From IMG/VR virus record IMGVR_UViG_3300048442_000818, positions 1-64,000 of that record: a stretch of DNA of 64,000 bases. One strand, written 5' to 3'. Positions 35,901 to 44,770 of this stretch are shown here, piece after piece. The notes beneath the pieces were generated by a model. The model ran no database searches, was not told the origin of the DNA, and saw nothing but the letters and a program-made list of their open reading frames with translations. A program made the position numbers and the translations under genes. The DNA comes from a virus. Within the stretch, counting starts at the first letter, position 1. Every line of letters begins with the position of its first letter.

Positions 35901-38749
35901 ACACGCTCACCGGAACGGAAAGCATCAACAACTTCTTGTGGTGTGCCTTCTAATGCTGGATCTAAAAATAGGGGTTCAAATTTCTCATTACCAAGCTCTG
36001 GGAATGCATCAACTAAACCATTGTAAATATTCACAAGAGTTTCTTGCTCAGCTTGTACTGACTTAACCAGTTCTACTGATTTAGCTGATTTCCAGTTAAC
36101 ATACATGCCTTTGCTATCTGCTTTAGGGTTATTAGATGACAATAACCACTCACGGGTAACAGGTACCAATGACATATACGGAACAGCTTCAGCATTAGGA
36201 TTGCCGTTATCAAAGTGTTCATTAGCTGCTCTAACTTTGTTTTGCATGTGTTGTACAAACAAACCAAAGTCTTCCAGACGAGCACTAGCAATATCAGGAC
36301 GATTACCACGAACAGCCTCAACAATACCTTTGGTATGCTGTAAAGCTGATCTGGCATTCTCCCTTCTTGGATCATTACTTGCTACGATCTGACTAGAAAC
36401 TACGTCTTTAGCGGTTTGCAGACCACTATCAGCAATTTTCTTCTCAAGCTTTTGACGCTCACGAAGTAAGTCATAACTAACCTGTAATGCTTGACGTTGT
36501 GAGTTAGTTAACTCTAAACGACCCTCTTCAGCGTGCTTAAGAATACCTTCAATCACTTCAGGGTTGCCCTGGTCAGGCATTAGTTCAGCCATGGCAACGG
36601 CTGTACGGACACGGCGTTGACCTTCTTCCGTGTTGACGTTTCTTTCCGTAACAGGCTTCAGTGATTTAGTTACAGCACCACTTTTAGCGGATGCATCTAA
36701 AGCACGCATAGCTCTCATTACAGAAGCATTCTTTTCCAGATCCCAGATTAACCGGTCATATCGAAGCAATGTATCTCTGGCTTCGTGATCCTCAGGGATT
36801 TTTTCCATGATAGCCGGTTCAGCTTCTTTCAGGTCCAGAAGTGGCTGCATTAGCTCCTGTAGCACTGCTGCGGCTTGGATCTGTTCTGGGCCTTCGGGTA
36901 GGCGGGCTACTTCACGAGCTACTTCCTGAATTGCTTCAACACGGTTTGTGGCCGTGGCTGTCACTTCACGAAGATTTTCTGGCACAGATTCAGGGTCAAA
37001 CTGCATAGACTGAACCAAGGAAGAAACGTAAGCATTGCCTTCTGCACGCTCTTCTGGAGTGGCTTCTACGGTGTTGATCGTATCAGACAGGTCTTGTGCT
37101 GTTTCAGCCGTCTGTTGTGCTGTAGCGGCTGCCTGCTCTCTCATGGCTTCATCACCAACAGGTGATTGCTGCTGTACCTGCTGACGAATTTTGTCACCTC
37201 TTTCAACGATAGCGTTGAAAGCAGGCTTACCTGCTTCAATAGCAGAAGAGATAGCCTTACGAGTTATTTTGTAAGTAGGTTCAGCAACAGTTCTAGTTGC
37301 TTGGGCAGCAGCACCAGGAGATCTAATAGCACCGGCGGAAGTTACACCGTAAGCAGCACCTTCACCGACTTGACGGCCCACATCAGCAGATAATGACTGC
37401 TCAGGGTCAACATATTCCTGACTAGCTAAATTCTCGGCCACACCGCTGACAGCGCCCTGTAATGCTTCTTCTCCAGGTTCTCTAAGTAGAACATCACCTG
37501 CTAACTGTCGAGCGCCAACAGCACGGAAAGGTGCTTCACCGATTCGTGAGATTGTACCTAAGCCTGCTGCAATAGGAGCTGTTCGGGTAGCAGCATAAAG
37601 ACCAGCTTCATTAGCCAAATGTGTTTTGGCTTGTTCCTGGGCTGTTGCTTCATCCATACCCTGGTCAAGAAAGTTTTGCTTCAGTTCACGATAAGGTTGT
37701 GATGTCTGTTCCAGTTGTTCTACCGGAGTAGACATAATCTCGGTATTGACCTGTTGGTAGACACCACCACCTTCCATAGCACCAATAGCAGCAGGCCAAG
37801 CAGAAGCACTGGCTAAATCACGAGTACGATCTGCTACCCTGGCAGCCGACATAGTGTCAGTTGCCCTGTCCAATTCAGCAGCTAAACGGGTAGAAACACT
37901 TCCTGCCACACCACCTGTGACAGCCCGACCAATGGCTTTAAGACCTTTGGTAATGACACCACCACCAACAATGGAACCAACACCCTCAGATGTACCTGAA
38001 AGCAACATGGTTGGGTCCGACACAGCATTGGCAATGGCATCAACAGCATCACTACCGACACGTTTAAGACCAGATACTAGTTCACCATCACCGGCTGCTA
38101 AATTAGCTTGATACTCAGCTTCATTATCTCTTTCAGCTAAATTTTGACGAGCTTCGTAATTACGACGAGCAGCACTTAACTGTTCTGATTGAGTGCCTTG
38201 TACCCATTCATTAGCGCTATTCATACCGTCAGTAATAGAAGCACCTAATTCAGCATCCAGTAAACCACCGCCCACTGCGGCAATACCACCAATGCTATTG
38301 CCCACACCAGCGGCTATCCCAGAAGCAGTGTCCCACAGTGCTTCACCAGTTGTACGGTCATAACCGGCTCTATCACGGCTTACCTCGGAAGAAGCAGCAG
38401 AAAACTGTCTAATCAATTCTGGTGCATCAGCCCCGTACTTCAAATATAACGAGGGGGTATCTAGGGTTCTGAGATCTTCCTCTAATTCACCCATGCTGGC
38501 AGCACCCATTTGGTTACCACGGCCAGCAGCAGCTTGATACATATCGGGGTTTATTTGGGGTAGTACACTACTGATTTGATCTTGCTTTTGGGCTGAAGCC
38601 TGGGTAATAGAATTCTTCTTTTCTCCTAGAGCACGTTGGAAAGCATTGTTCATAATCCCCCGTTCATCCACAGATAGTGGAGTTGCTCCTTGAGTTGGGG
38701 TAGTAGAAGACGTAACTGCTTGATCCAAGAGGGTCTGAAAATCTGCCAT
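26999..38749 (-). CDS. virion-encapsidated RNA polymerase (N4 gp50-like vRNAP), about 3916 aa
   Basis: SRVGRMQ, EGDGVTDGP (motif A), RGIAKNPLTILVYG (motif B), IFDG (motif C). No Cys seen after Met30 (ATG 38749). Confidence 0.96.
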   Translation of the reverse strand: MADFQTLLDQAVTSSTTPTQGATPLSVDERGIMNNAFQRALGEKKNSITQASAQKQDQISSVLPQINPDMYQAAAGRGNQMGAASMGELEEDLRTLDTPSLYLKYGADAPELIRQFSAASSEVSRDRAGYDRTTGEALWDTASGIAAGVGNSIGGIAAVGGGLLDAELGASITDGMNSANEWVQGTQSEQLSAARRNYEARQNLAERDNEAEYQANLAAGDGELVSGLKRVGSDAVDAIANAVSDPTMLLSGTSEGVGSIVGGGVITKGLKAIGRAVTGGVAGSVSTRLAAELDRATDTMSAARVADRTRDLASASAWPAAIGAMEGGGVYQQVNTEIMSTPVEQLEQTSQPYRELKQNFLDQGMDEATAQEQAKTHLANEAGLYAATRTAPIAAGLGTISRIGEAPFRAVGARQLAGDVLLREPGEEALQGAVSGVAENLASQEYVDPEQSLSADVGRQVGEGAAYGVTSAGAIRSPGAAAQATRTVAEPTYKITRKAISSAIEAGKPAFNAIVERGDKIRQQVQQQSPVGDEAMREQAAATAQQTAETAQDLSDTINTVEATPEERAEGNAYVSSLVQSMQFDPESVPENLREVTATATNRVEAIQEVAREVARLPEGPEQIQAAAVLQELMQPLLDLKEAEPAIMEKIPEDHEARDTLLRYDRLIWDLEKNASVMRAMRALDASAKSGAVTKSLKPVTERNVNTEEGQRRVRTAVAMAELMPDQGNPEVIEGILKHAEEGRLELTNSQRQALQVSYDLLRERQKLEKKIADSGLQTAKDVVSSQIVASNDPRRENARSALQHTKGIVEAVRGNRPDIASARLEDFGLFVQHMQNKVRAANEHFDNGNPNAEAVPYMSLVPVTREWLLSSNNPKADSKGMYVNWKSAKSVELVKSVQAEQETLVNIYNGLVDAFPELGNEKFEPLFLDPALEGTPQEVVDAFRSGERVVPGQRQAEVTAEPEQQQEQAESTLESGSELRIETLEAQLDFEKNEQIYIRGDRAPGQNSPEIEKTLYDAVVAPVIDPSNPETFAQLNTAINNDRFDLAEYIVLRAERYARNLNINPGVDKNDSRYEQIKSDLERRKSTAVANAERLREIFTKNQQNKSTSNSELKKAEPKSEIISDTSAYDHIFPDSVVKGLTYHTTRAVEAENFKVIAERERPSTVHFIGNNTGTLVGFYTTKNIAYSQGMQEGGVTLTFRVNIQNPYLVKDNDPIVITGITPEQRDALITEGYDGLLYADPEFRYEEVVVFNPDQVQQITKDTPTQKTTTASVPVMITQAMRAQLRERGLTDADIRKLTPAEAFAEINKPAEPEPEVQEQEAQPEPEPVTETQPDPEPVQTQPQEEVDTTIEESTPEPVSAEAEPVDTPTTGLDSLYPNLLTRGENFFKKVFRLPNTEEAPTRLIGQEGSPILLVQDALSSSGSLIEFMGNTPKYTLTPEIASEYQTLLRNDPKASEYLIKSETNDLTAAQIKSVQSVGGLMSAMSANLDRFLNSRYSWSSNKDKRTIRDVLETDADIQRWARGKALNIVDETPEGYQYNPELLETAALAAIQWLLTSNQYHTPMDDSDISAITGVDAEIVPYEVIRLLNEGMSLEQVKRSLANKIKEYWGVTATADADIAYSEGIPEAVAAEMIRAFIDTGMMGVTTVDLKSFGLDSDKTPNRYLVSPMEGNPIHAYPTAIDDAVLISPEEVFYIGDQEIPVAQRQMNNPEVANTIKQKEAIENKQKVPFYLNIPMVNLYSAFGREGMLTLLGESAGDNQTLNINHAKSIEGKNRTITSAYNHLFNTVDRMVNRAETEGVSVSEMPIRYAYNISRVGRMQMLGAYNPQSDKAVREAILPTWSTVDLSNENSTIYNHFLLSIGQALDIKVHNQLLEDTVEQVQNLLTGPLVPALDLINDWVSGTDTNSLITTEVNPLDAYILKGHLDSAGIDVTPVALNALMEYARLTQTPLGERESFRTSIYLEGDGVTDGPINAMMLMTPGRFTPEWIQNISKGGVSIGTRQTMAELSQRDPVDLYKTATINSDKHLRTLINVLGRNKKSDGLLGNVKALMTLMNVTLPGVKYNGDVELGEPGSFELDRGIAKNPLTILVYGSSISGIAGNLTSQMVKDIYSKMSQFAQAREAYPKITLGEALFPNEPNPEKQGRQFVDALNTLLANKIRYNQRSGEYFLEPSDRTRQSADPVEFTFTPEQIQSIKQNMLEGFVRPLRFGIEDTVGAPLMRSVDKIRQATQSQSIVLEYLFRRLINERLEDRKKNDPTYRPGDFLSRKDFTAIYKEIFKVSPLVQTQGQVFLIAKTQMLEGGPAFSRALDGTMRTDAYAYAPANAGVAGIPFLTIGMGDANMIQRTSLDTEMNNTLDIFDGINMPLDKITEYSEKANKAVYDSWINGNPFKAVNDSYKQFMKSKDLIEDMLKNDMQVKDTPMHRDFTRALFPYLDPEEEVATSQAILDMLDRKGKFLQQAEDSVSIRRQVMSDVLHSIDHMAGAASPYVNGTVTLDAQMTPEQIADELNARYQEKISGKQQATEEAPVADGMSEDIQKVGREHKASGVRVISWTALKNLGRLVNMTQPQRDIYAQIIRNLGTKDYKIIAGTPEQIAAYQRETGLSSINTGDATAHGVISVAERVIYLINPTTETLVHEMVHASTYETLLSYYRGEKVDPEARRAIERMEIMLNDFLSMDLESGLPNEMYMAFDNARAAIESAQNDLNMDPAASQAKALNEFMAWGLTNEQITNRLKKTKTNKLVQLAKDLWQEIKKLVWGRKHAPKHADDVLSNLQFNTGIIIRTQPNLSSVFQEGTLFHATYGNNTRLRDIRNALQTKIVDLLDEYPDTEREVQQNRLLSESGQVAIDALNDAVSAHFNMDINEATTFKTIVATLATEAKLDPNALAQMQELYTHVTKNLSVDSFMPENSRNPDADRYYAQEKYNTILGRVNRQTDAYGRTTLLPVFIALSTVNQEFRDILANMQVPKSVKSDQKTMDAALDNLLVTASDSLSNRMSGQRDAANVKAAMDNLMNQITKAALDEQTTIREVTDKIGNKYDAVNDWMVNGMQTLADTGYKLGTKGQESQSLPTKLAGNFLKLASSIASEERADMVSQELMGLMNRGRIWKPFYDLVNNLVDRTEGNAQVYDMIKTVRAAVQQLRQNFRDEIPRVLHNKFSRKLSQEEWSSMYRSMGKTDLAALMETMPAQDIVDLFQSQTSLDALINDLEGLIQQSDTAHWPIYQRKMKQLATFMNTGKTGVSLLRNAYAISNLFGESRQAGWKAPDSSIQRSIDQLITLYAVDGLSTQDKQAMASLVQDESNGLNFVLGYLQGQRRTELRKANKGKALVNHYKGHIPAEQSPGASLRIEENAQESNMRIRGYVNMGPYNGSNVDNRRSSKSYYFTPISGRTAYAQGFIQNINRTASGVDPHTGLTSDLVAGRIFGRADVTRITRRLSQEQGDVENLMPVFDERGQIFAYEQSVDPAQKARLEPESQDLSRMLGVWRGRQVEEKMSQIFNETSIDRLHDMYTADMKISRDKINEYVNLFGSNLSPVQRDAVNLFSDDTRDYIHRKFGDEFWVRKDMLEDAVGYRNPSVGDFWTNSNNRDPLTNEAWRNFFVGLMGPDAYKTLVKGEQFTQNIMSDIRTNIIVRSVVVPVYNFISTTYQLVSRGVPVRDIKRGYPAKLVEINAYVKNRLRQIDLEAELRAVGQDFVRERKLRAEIRSITDSNQRLSIWPLIQAGEFSTIADIGMSSEDLELTTGNLYSYFSKQIDKLPPKLRTAARYGLIMKDTPLFQALQKSVQYSDFVAKAVLYDDLTQRKKMSSADALGRVTTEFANYDRLPGRWRGYMENMGLLWFYNYKIRIAKIALSTLRNNPLHFLVASTLPAPSSVGLPVNDNIFTQAMDGSLGYSIGPEMGWNSWELNPWYSLMD

Positions 38750-38800
38750 GAGAACGGTACCCAATGTGAATATATGTTTGGAAGTAACTCTACCATAGAT

Positions 38801-38836
38801 TTGAAAAAAAGAAGCCCCACCAATGCAGGGCTTCAA
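38801..38836 (-). terminator. intrinsic terminator upstream of vRNAP
   Basis: Minus strand GAAGCCC-N10-GGGCTTC followed by T7. Confidence 0.75.
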
Positions 38837-38862
38837 GTATTACAAGGTAGAGTTTACATGCC

Positions 38863-40728
38863 CTACTCAATCATAAACCCTCCAGGCATATGCCGCATCA
38901 TACTATTTAATCGTTCTGTGCGGGTAGGCTCTTCACGGGTTTCCACTTCTTCTGGTTGTGTCACTGTTCTTGTTGGCATTAACGTGTCACTAGAAGCAGC
39001 ACCTTGCTGTAGCGTCCTAAGTCTCTGTTCTGCAATATCAAGTTGAGCTTTAGCCTGCCTCACTGAACCAGCTAAACCAGGACGGCTTCGGGCTGCATTT
39101 ACCAGAGTTTGGTATTCTTGATAAACCGCATTGTACTGCTGTTGGGCAGCTTCTACCTGCTGACTGATTGCTGCAACAGTCTCGTTGGCATCTTGGACTT
39201 GTGGTCCAGCACCTTGAAGATATCGATCAATTTGTTCAGAAAAACGCTCATCATTTATTCTTCGATCATTGCCAAGGTTGGGGGTCCGTCCTGTGATAGC
39301 TTGCCCTATTCCACCAAGACCTATTTCACCAAGAAATCCCAAACGACCAATATAATCGAGTACACCACCAATACCAGTTTCTGTTGGCATACCGCTGTTA
39401 AGTAACATTCTACCAATTTCTTTAGGTGGTATTTGACCACCATTTTCCTGATAAACTCTATTAATAGTTCTTTCTAGGAATTCTCCTGAAGTACCAGCAA
39501 AAGGACTATTTTCACCTGATAATTGTTGTGCAACATCATAAGGTGAAGCTGTATCAGGTAGTTCATCCAAAATAGGTGCAGAAAAGTTACCTGTTCTAAT
39601 TTGGTTTTCTGAAACACGTTCATTCAGTCTACGCTGTAGAGCAGAAGTCCCGAGGTTATTAGCAATGGTTTGCTGTTGTTTTTGTTGGCTCCAATCATCG
39701 ACGTTACCTGGACCAGCGTTATAGGCAGCCAAGGCTTTATCAACGTCCCCATCGTAGCGTTCAAGCATAGCACCCAGGTAATCACGTCCTACCCGTGCAA
39801 GCTCTTCTGGTGAGTTGTTTTCAGCCGGTCTGACGCCATAACCGGGATCTGTAGCAGTAGCAGGCATGACTTGCATCTCGCCTTGGGCACGCTCACCAGT
39901 ACGGGTAACTGGACCCTGAATTAAACTACCATCAGGGTTATATCGACGGTTACCTGATTCTTGTTGTAGTACATGAGGTACCAAAGCTTCTAGTTTTTCT
40001 TGGTTACTTTTACCAGATAAATCACCAGCAGCTTGTGTAATATTAGCCACATAGTTACGAGTTTCCTCAAAGGGGATACTTTGAACGAAACTGGAACCAA
40101 CGGGGGAAGTTGCAGGGTTAGAGCCACCAGAAGCTGCACTGGAACCAGAAGAACCAGTAACCGGACCCATTACGTTTCCATAACCGTTACCTTCCAGAAG
40201 GGCGGTAATACGGTTAGCTTGACTTGGGGTGTACTGACCAGATTGAAGACCTTGAGCGATGATGGCATTGGCTGCTTCAGCATTAGGCGCTCTCTGGACA
40301 ATATCCATATAAGCAGCTTCAGCCGCAGCATTTGTTTCATTAGCCTTACGCTCACGATCACGAGTGTATTGGGTCCAATCCTGATTTGATTGTGTAATAT
40401 CACGTTGATCTTGAGCAGTAGCACGCTGTAGCAACGTATCAGCACGGCGATCCGTTGACCGTAGTGCTTCAAGTGAAGCTCTGTTATTTAGACCATCAAC
40501 TAGTGATCCATTCTGTAGTGCTGCTCTATAGGCTTCTGGATCCTGAATAGAATTAGCACGTTGAATCAAAGCACGATCTGCTGCATCAGTTTGAGCACCG
40601 GTATAAGTATCAACACCACTTTGGGCACTGGATACAGCACGATTTAATAGATCAGCCGCAGTACGAGTACCGTAAATAGCTGACCCAAAACTGGGTGCTG
40701 AAACATTACGCCACGTTAGAGTAGCCAT
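38863..40728 (-). CDS. ejection protein (gp51-like) with a lytic transglycosylase domain
   Basis: QQESG, AQGEMQVMPATA, ALAAYNAGPG, IPFEETRNYV; N-terminal LTWRNV. Confidence 0.85.
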   Translation of the reverse strand: MATLTWRNVSAPSFGSAIYGTRTAADLLNRAVSSAQSGVDTYTGAQTDAADRALIQRANSIQDPEAYRAALQNGSLVDGLNNRASLEALRSTDRRADTLLQRATAQDQRDITQSNQDWTQYTRDRERKANETNAAAEAAYMDIVQRAPNAEAANAIIAQGLQSGQYTPSQANRITALLEGNGYGNVMGPVTGSSGSSAASGGSNPATSPVGSSFVQSIPFEETRNYVANITQAAGDLSGKSNQEKLEALVPHVLQQESGNRRYNPDGSLIQGPVTRTGERAQGEMQVMPATATDPGYGVRPAENNSPEELARVGRDYLGAMLERYDGDVDKALAAYNAGPGNVDDWSQQKQQQTIANNLGTSALQRRLNERVSENQIRTGNFSAPILDELPDTASPYDVAQQLSGENSPFAGTSGEFLERTINRVYQENGGQIPPKEIGRMLLNSGMPTETGIGGVLDYIGRLGFLGEIGLGGIGQAITGRTPNLGNDRRINDERFSEQIDRYLQGAGPQVQDANETVAAISQQVEAAQQQYNAVYQEYQTLVNAARSRPGLAGSVRQAKAQLDIAEQRLRTLQQGAASSDTLMPTRTVTQPEEVETREEPTRTERLNSMMRHMPGGFMIE

Positions 40729-40738
40729 TTACGTCTCC

Positions 40739-41131
40739 TTATCGACGTAGACGATTCTGGTCGATGTATTGTTGGGTTTGCTCGGCAGACTGGCCTTCCA
40801 TTGCACCACGGGCACGGGCACGATCTTCTAGGGTAGTGTTGTAAGATTTGATCTGATTAGCCAAATTAGTATTAGTTACATCTTTGGTGTAATCCAATTG
40901 ATCACGGGCAATTTTGTTAGCTTGCCATGCACCCCAAAGATTACCAATAGTACCTAGACCATCTAGGCCCATTTTAAAAGTGGGGGCATTTAAGCCAAAT
41001 TCAAAACCTCCGTTTTGACCCATCTGATTACCATTAAACAAGTTACCTTTATTTTGTTGTTGCATAGCTTGATTAACAGCACTCATCGGCACATTACCGA
41101 AACCTTGAATAGTTAGAAAATCTTCATTCAT
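40739..41131 (-). CDS. small virion/ejection protein (gp52-like)
   Basis: Synteny; NLANQIKSYNTTLEDRARAR. Confidence 0.8.
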   Translation of the reverse strand: MNEDFLTIQGFGNVPMSAVNQAMQQQNKGNLFNGNQMGQNGGFEFGLNAPTFKMGLDGLGTIGNLWGAWQANKIARDQLDYTKDVTNTNLANQIKSYNTTLEDRARARGAMEGQSAEQTQQYIDQNRLRR

Positions 41132-41141
41132 GATCCAACTC

Positions 41142-43838
41142 CTAGATAGTTGGTAATTCTGAGTTGATGGTGATATCGGTGAAGTTGGTGAGTAGGGATA
41201 TACTCATATCCGCAACGTCACTCCCCACCATCATGGTACGTTCTAAAAACGAGGCAGCAGGCTCATTAAAACTACCACGAATGTCGGTAAGGATTGTAGG
41301 GTCGAAAATACCAGGACCATATCCAATATTTTTAGCATAGAGTTCCTCTAGTTGTTTAGATTGTCTCTCATACTCATATTGAATTTCTTGGGATTCCTGA
41401 AGAGTTTCGCTGGCTTCAGCCGACATATAATCAGCATACCCATTACCCACTGAACTCATGATACTCATAATACTATCAGCACGCATCATATTAGCGTAAC
41501 TGGTTGCCAGATTCCCACCATTAGCAAGTGAAGTACCAACCCGCATTGCAATCACAGAAGCTACAGCAGCGACAATAGCACCTATCTTTTCACCAAATAG
41601 TGCTACAGCCCCAGCTTGGATGATCCTCATTAGAACCATGGCAGCAATAGCATTAGCAACAGCACCCACCACAATAGCCGCCATGCCCGTAAACCCTAAT
41701 GAAGCACCAACGCCAGCAGCCGTACCTAATAGACCTGCACCTAAACCACCCGTGTAAACAGCAACAACAACAGCAACTACAATAAGAACTACTTTAAAGA
41801 TACCTCTTTCATACCACCGCTGTTTAACAATCTCATAGCTATTAAATACCATGAAACAACAAGCAGTAGACATTTGAGTAGCATCTTTAAGACTCATTTC
41901 TTTATAGATACCTTCATGAATAGGAATAATAAAGCCTGATTCATCATTATCACGTAAAGCATCTTCAGCATATGTAGTCACATATTTACGACCATATACT
42001 CGATTATAGTGAACTAATCCATTTATTTCTAAACGTCTCCAAGTGTTTTCTGTTACTTGGTGATTTAGGTAAATTGCTGTTACTGAGTCGTATACTTCAA
42101 TACCATAGTTAGGAATACCTGATGTATTTAATTCTAAGGTTCTTTGTGTAAAATCTCTTGTTGGTCCAATTTCAAACCAAAATTCATCTTCCTCAGCATC
42201 AGGTTTAAGCAATCCTGTACCAAATTCTTCAGTAATAAAGTTCCATCGAATATCCATATCATAACGGAGAATTGGTAAATTATCCGCTGCAATGCTTAAC
42301 CTGTTATTGGGCATTTCAGGATAAGGTAATCTTTCTGGTTCTGGCTCCACAGAACTAAATCGACCTCTGCTTTTTTGATTTCCACGCCAAGTGAGCCATT
42401 CTTCCCAAGATTGATCAGCCGCTTCCCAGCGATCAACCCAAGATAAATGATCAGCTTTATTTGTTAATCTTGGGTCATTCATAATTGATTCAAAGAATCT
42501 ATAAATATATTTTCTACAAGCCTGTTCTTCAACATTAAGTGATACACCGAATACAGCAAAGGCATAATCGATATCTTCTAATGAATCATTGTCTGCAATG
42601 ATGGATTGCAAATCACTATAGTCAGCACCGGTTGCTTTTTGTAGTGCTCTTTTAGCACGAGGATAAATAGAATTAGGCCACCGACGAGACACAAACTGAT
42701 TATCTACCCGCATAGGTATAAAGGGTAAGAATGAACCACTATGCTCAGTCGGGATATCAAATAATGCATCTAATTCAGCATTACTAGAGTCTTTACCATA
42801 AATGAATACTTGAGTTGGGCCTGCGGAATAGTAAGTAGTAGTCTGTGAATCAATTCTATAAGATTTATCTAAGACTAACGTATCTGTCACAGTAGTTGTA
42901 GTAGTTGTTTTGGTAACACCACCACCTACATCTTCTTCTTCTGTAGTTACGGTTGTTTCTTGGGTAATGGATCCAGTTTGGTCTAAATACATAGTTTCAT
43001 TTTTAGTTTCAATAGTATCAGTTAGACCGTCATTATCTACTGGAGTACTCTTTAACCAAATTTCATGAATAATATCGTAAGTTTGATTATCTGTGGTTGT
43101 TTGCTCATCAGTAGTGCCAGGGGAACCATCCGAGTAAGTAACTTCGGTTGTCACCACAGTATCTAAATCAACTGATTCAGTTGAATTTGTGTCACTATCA
43201 AAAGTCCAATCTGTAGTGTCAGGGAAAGGATCACTTGGATTTAGGTCAACAGTATCACCCGGAACCAAAGGGCCTACGATATTTTCTTCTGTTACATAAT
43301 ACGTTGAATACAAATATTGGTTATAGGGATCAAAACCAACGGGAGAAAAAGAAATAGGAGTATGGGATTCATCATCCCAAGTGATTGTAATTGTGTTGGT
43401 ATCCCCATTAATATCTGAGGTATACGGAGTACTACGTAATAGTGGATAATTTTCCGCTATATATTGATCAGCCCACATACCAAAATCGGCTGAACCAGTA
43501 TAAGCAGATTGCACTACAACACTGCTTCCGCTGTTGTGGGGGATTTCTTCTTTAAGTACGGTAGTATCAATTGAGTCACCTACTCTAATTGAACCAGAAC
43601 GAATACCCACAGCATTTGAGTATCCACTTGTTCTGGCCCAACGAGCGAAGTTACGTAGCTTTATACCCGGTCCTTGGATATAACTGTCAGTGATGGTGTT
43701 ACCCAGAGATTCACTCCCTGTAATAACACCACCAATAACAGTAGTTTTTAAATAATCAGGTCTACCTGATTCTGGTCCTGCAAGGTTATAAACCACAGAA
43801 CCAACAAAAACTTTTTTCTTACTACCAAAAATACTCAC
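41142..43838 (-). CDS. virion structural protein (gp53-like) with C-terminal hydrophobic helices
   Basis: Synteny; SVVYNLAG; DIDYAF; WYERGIFKVVLIVVAVVV. Confidence 0.8.
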   Translation of the reverse strand: MSIFGSKKKVFVGSVVYNLAGPESGRPDYLKTTVIGGVITGSESLGNTITDSYIQGPGIKLRNFARWARTSGYSNAVGIRSGSIRVGDSIDTTVLKEEIPHNSGSSVVVQSAYTGSADFGMWADQYIAENYPLLRSTPYTSDINGDTNTITITWDDESHTPISFSPVGFDPYNQYLYSTYYVTEENIVGPLVPGDTVDLNPSDPFPDTTDWTFDSDTNSTESVDLDTVVTTEVTYSDGSPGTTDEQTTTDNQTYDIIHEIWLKSTPVDNDGLTDTIETKNETMYLDQTGSITQETTVTTEEEDVGGGVTKTTTTTTVTDTLVLDKSYRIDSQTTTYYSAGPTQVFIYGKDSSNAELDALFDIPTEHSGSFLPFIPMRVDNQFVSRRWPNSIYPRAKRALQKATGADYSDLQSIIADNDSLEDIDYAFAVFGVSLNVEEQACRKYIYRFFESIMNDPRLTNKADHLSWVDRWEAADQSWEEWLTWRGNQKSRGRFSSVEPEPERLPYPEMPNNRLSIAADNLPILRYDMDIRWNFITEEFGTGLLKPDAEEDEFWFEIGPTRDFTQRTLELNTSGIPNYGIEVYDSVTAIYLNHQVTENTWRRLEINGLVHYNRVYGRKYVTTYAEDALRDNDESGFIIPIHEGIYKEMSLKDATQMSTACCFMVFNSYEIVKQRWYERGIFKVVLIVVAVVVAVYTGGLGAGLLGTAAGVGASLGFTGMAAIVVGAVANAIAAMVLMRIIQAGAVALFGEKIGAIVAAVASVIAMRVGTSLANGGNLATSYANMMRADSIMSIMSSVGNGYADYMSAEASETLQESQEIQYEYERQSKQLEELYAKNIGYGPGIFDPTILTDIRGSFNEPAASFLERTMMVGSDVADMSISLLTNFTDITINSELPTI

Positions 43839-43840
43839 GA

Positions 43841-44680
43841 TTATACTTCCAAATCGTTGTTTGATTTAATCTTACCTAAGATTTCATCAACACTAGCATT
43901 TTCAAAGTTTGGTGGCGGTAACAGACCTTCATCGATGGTTTTCTGGGTAATCCAGGCGTCAGTGAATAGCTTAGCAGCTTTGATTTCATCGTTGCGCTGG
44001 TAACTGGTAATTTGTTGCGTATACAGGTCTTTCTGCTTACCTAACACACCAGCAACTGATCCACCATCAGTACGGGTATCACTGGTTTGAGCACGTTGAG
44101 CTTCTGTCTGCTCAGTTACCATGAGAAGCTGCTGAGGCAGCATACTATCAATATTAAATTGACCGGCTGCGTAGGTAACATCTTCAGTTGCTAGTTTTAA
44201 TTTAGTTAGCGCAAAATTAGCTTTATTAACTAACGCTTCAAGATGTAAAGAAGCATACTGCACTTTAGCTGTTTCAAGTTGAACTCTTGCAGTAATTGCT
44301 TGAGCTTGAGCTTGTACAGCTTGCCAATAGGAAGCATCTCTACCAAGCAAAAATTGAACAGCATTACTCATTGCACCTTGAGTTAGCTGAATAAATGCTT
44401 TGGTATACTCACCACCCGAAATACGACCCTTCTCGTATTCAATTTTAAGGTGGGCTGCAAAACCAGACATTAATGCATCAAAGGTACCTGCCCCGTTAAC
44501 TTCACGAGTTGTTAGATCTTCATTGGTTACCTTAATGATGGGTTGGTACATCTCTGAATCTGTACCACCAGGGATCTGGAATTCAGGACCAGAGAAATCG
44601 ATATCAGGGATACTGACATCTTCCCCAGCCAGTAAAGCGGCTAGGAGTTCATTTGCTGATACATCGCCACCATATGTCAT
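43841..44680 (-). CDS. virion structural protein (gp54-like)
   Basis: Synteny; GTFDALM, GKQKDLY..Q. Confidence 0.8.
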   Translation of the reverse strand: MTYGGDVSANELLAALLAGEDVSIPDIDFSGPEFQIPGGTDSEMYQPIIKVTNEDLTTREVNGAGTFDALMSGFAAHLKIEYEKGRISGGEYTKAFIQLTQGAMSNAVQFLLGRDASYWQAVQAQAQAITARVQLETAKVQYASLHLEALVNKANFALTKLKLATEDVTYAAGQFNIDSMLPQQLLMVTEQTEAQRAQTSDTRTDGGSVAGVLGKQKDLYTQQITSYQRNDEIKAAKLFTDAWITQKTIDEGLLPPPNFENASVDEILGKIKSNNDLEV

Positions 44681-44770
44681 GGGGATTCCTTCACTCTTTG
44701 TAGTTCAAATACACAAACGGCCCTACAGATTATATCTGAGGGCCGTCCACGTTACCGCTTACTATGACCT

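Noticed and set aside
28603-38111. Many antisense ORFs inside vRNAP
   Set aside because: Expected shadow frames of a long biased gene; no recognisable motifs.
38750-38836. 29-aa N-terminal extension of vRNAP in the ORF track
   Set aside because: It runs through a terminator hairpin and holds the only Cys seen; ATG 38749 is more plausible.
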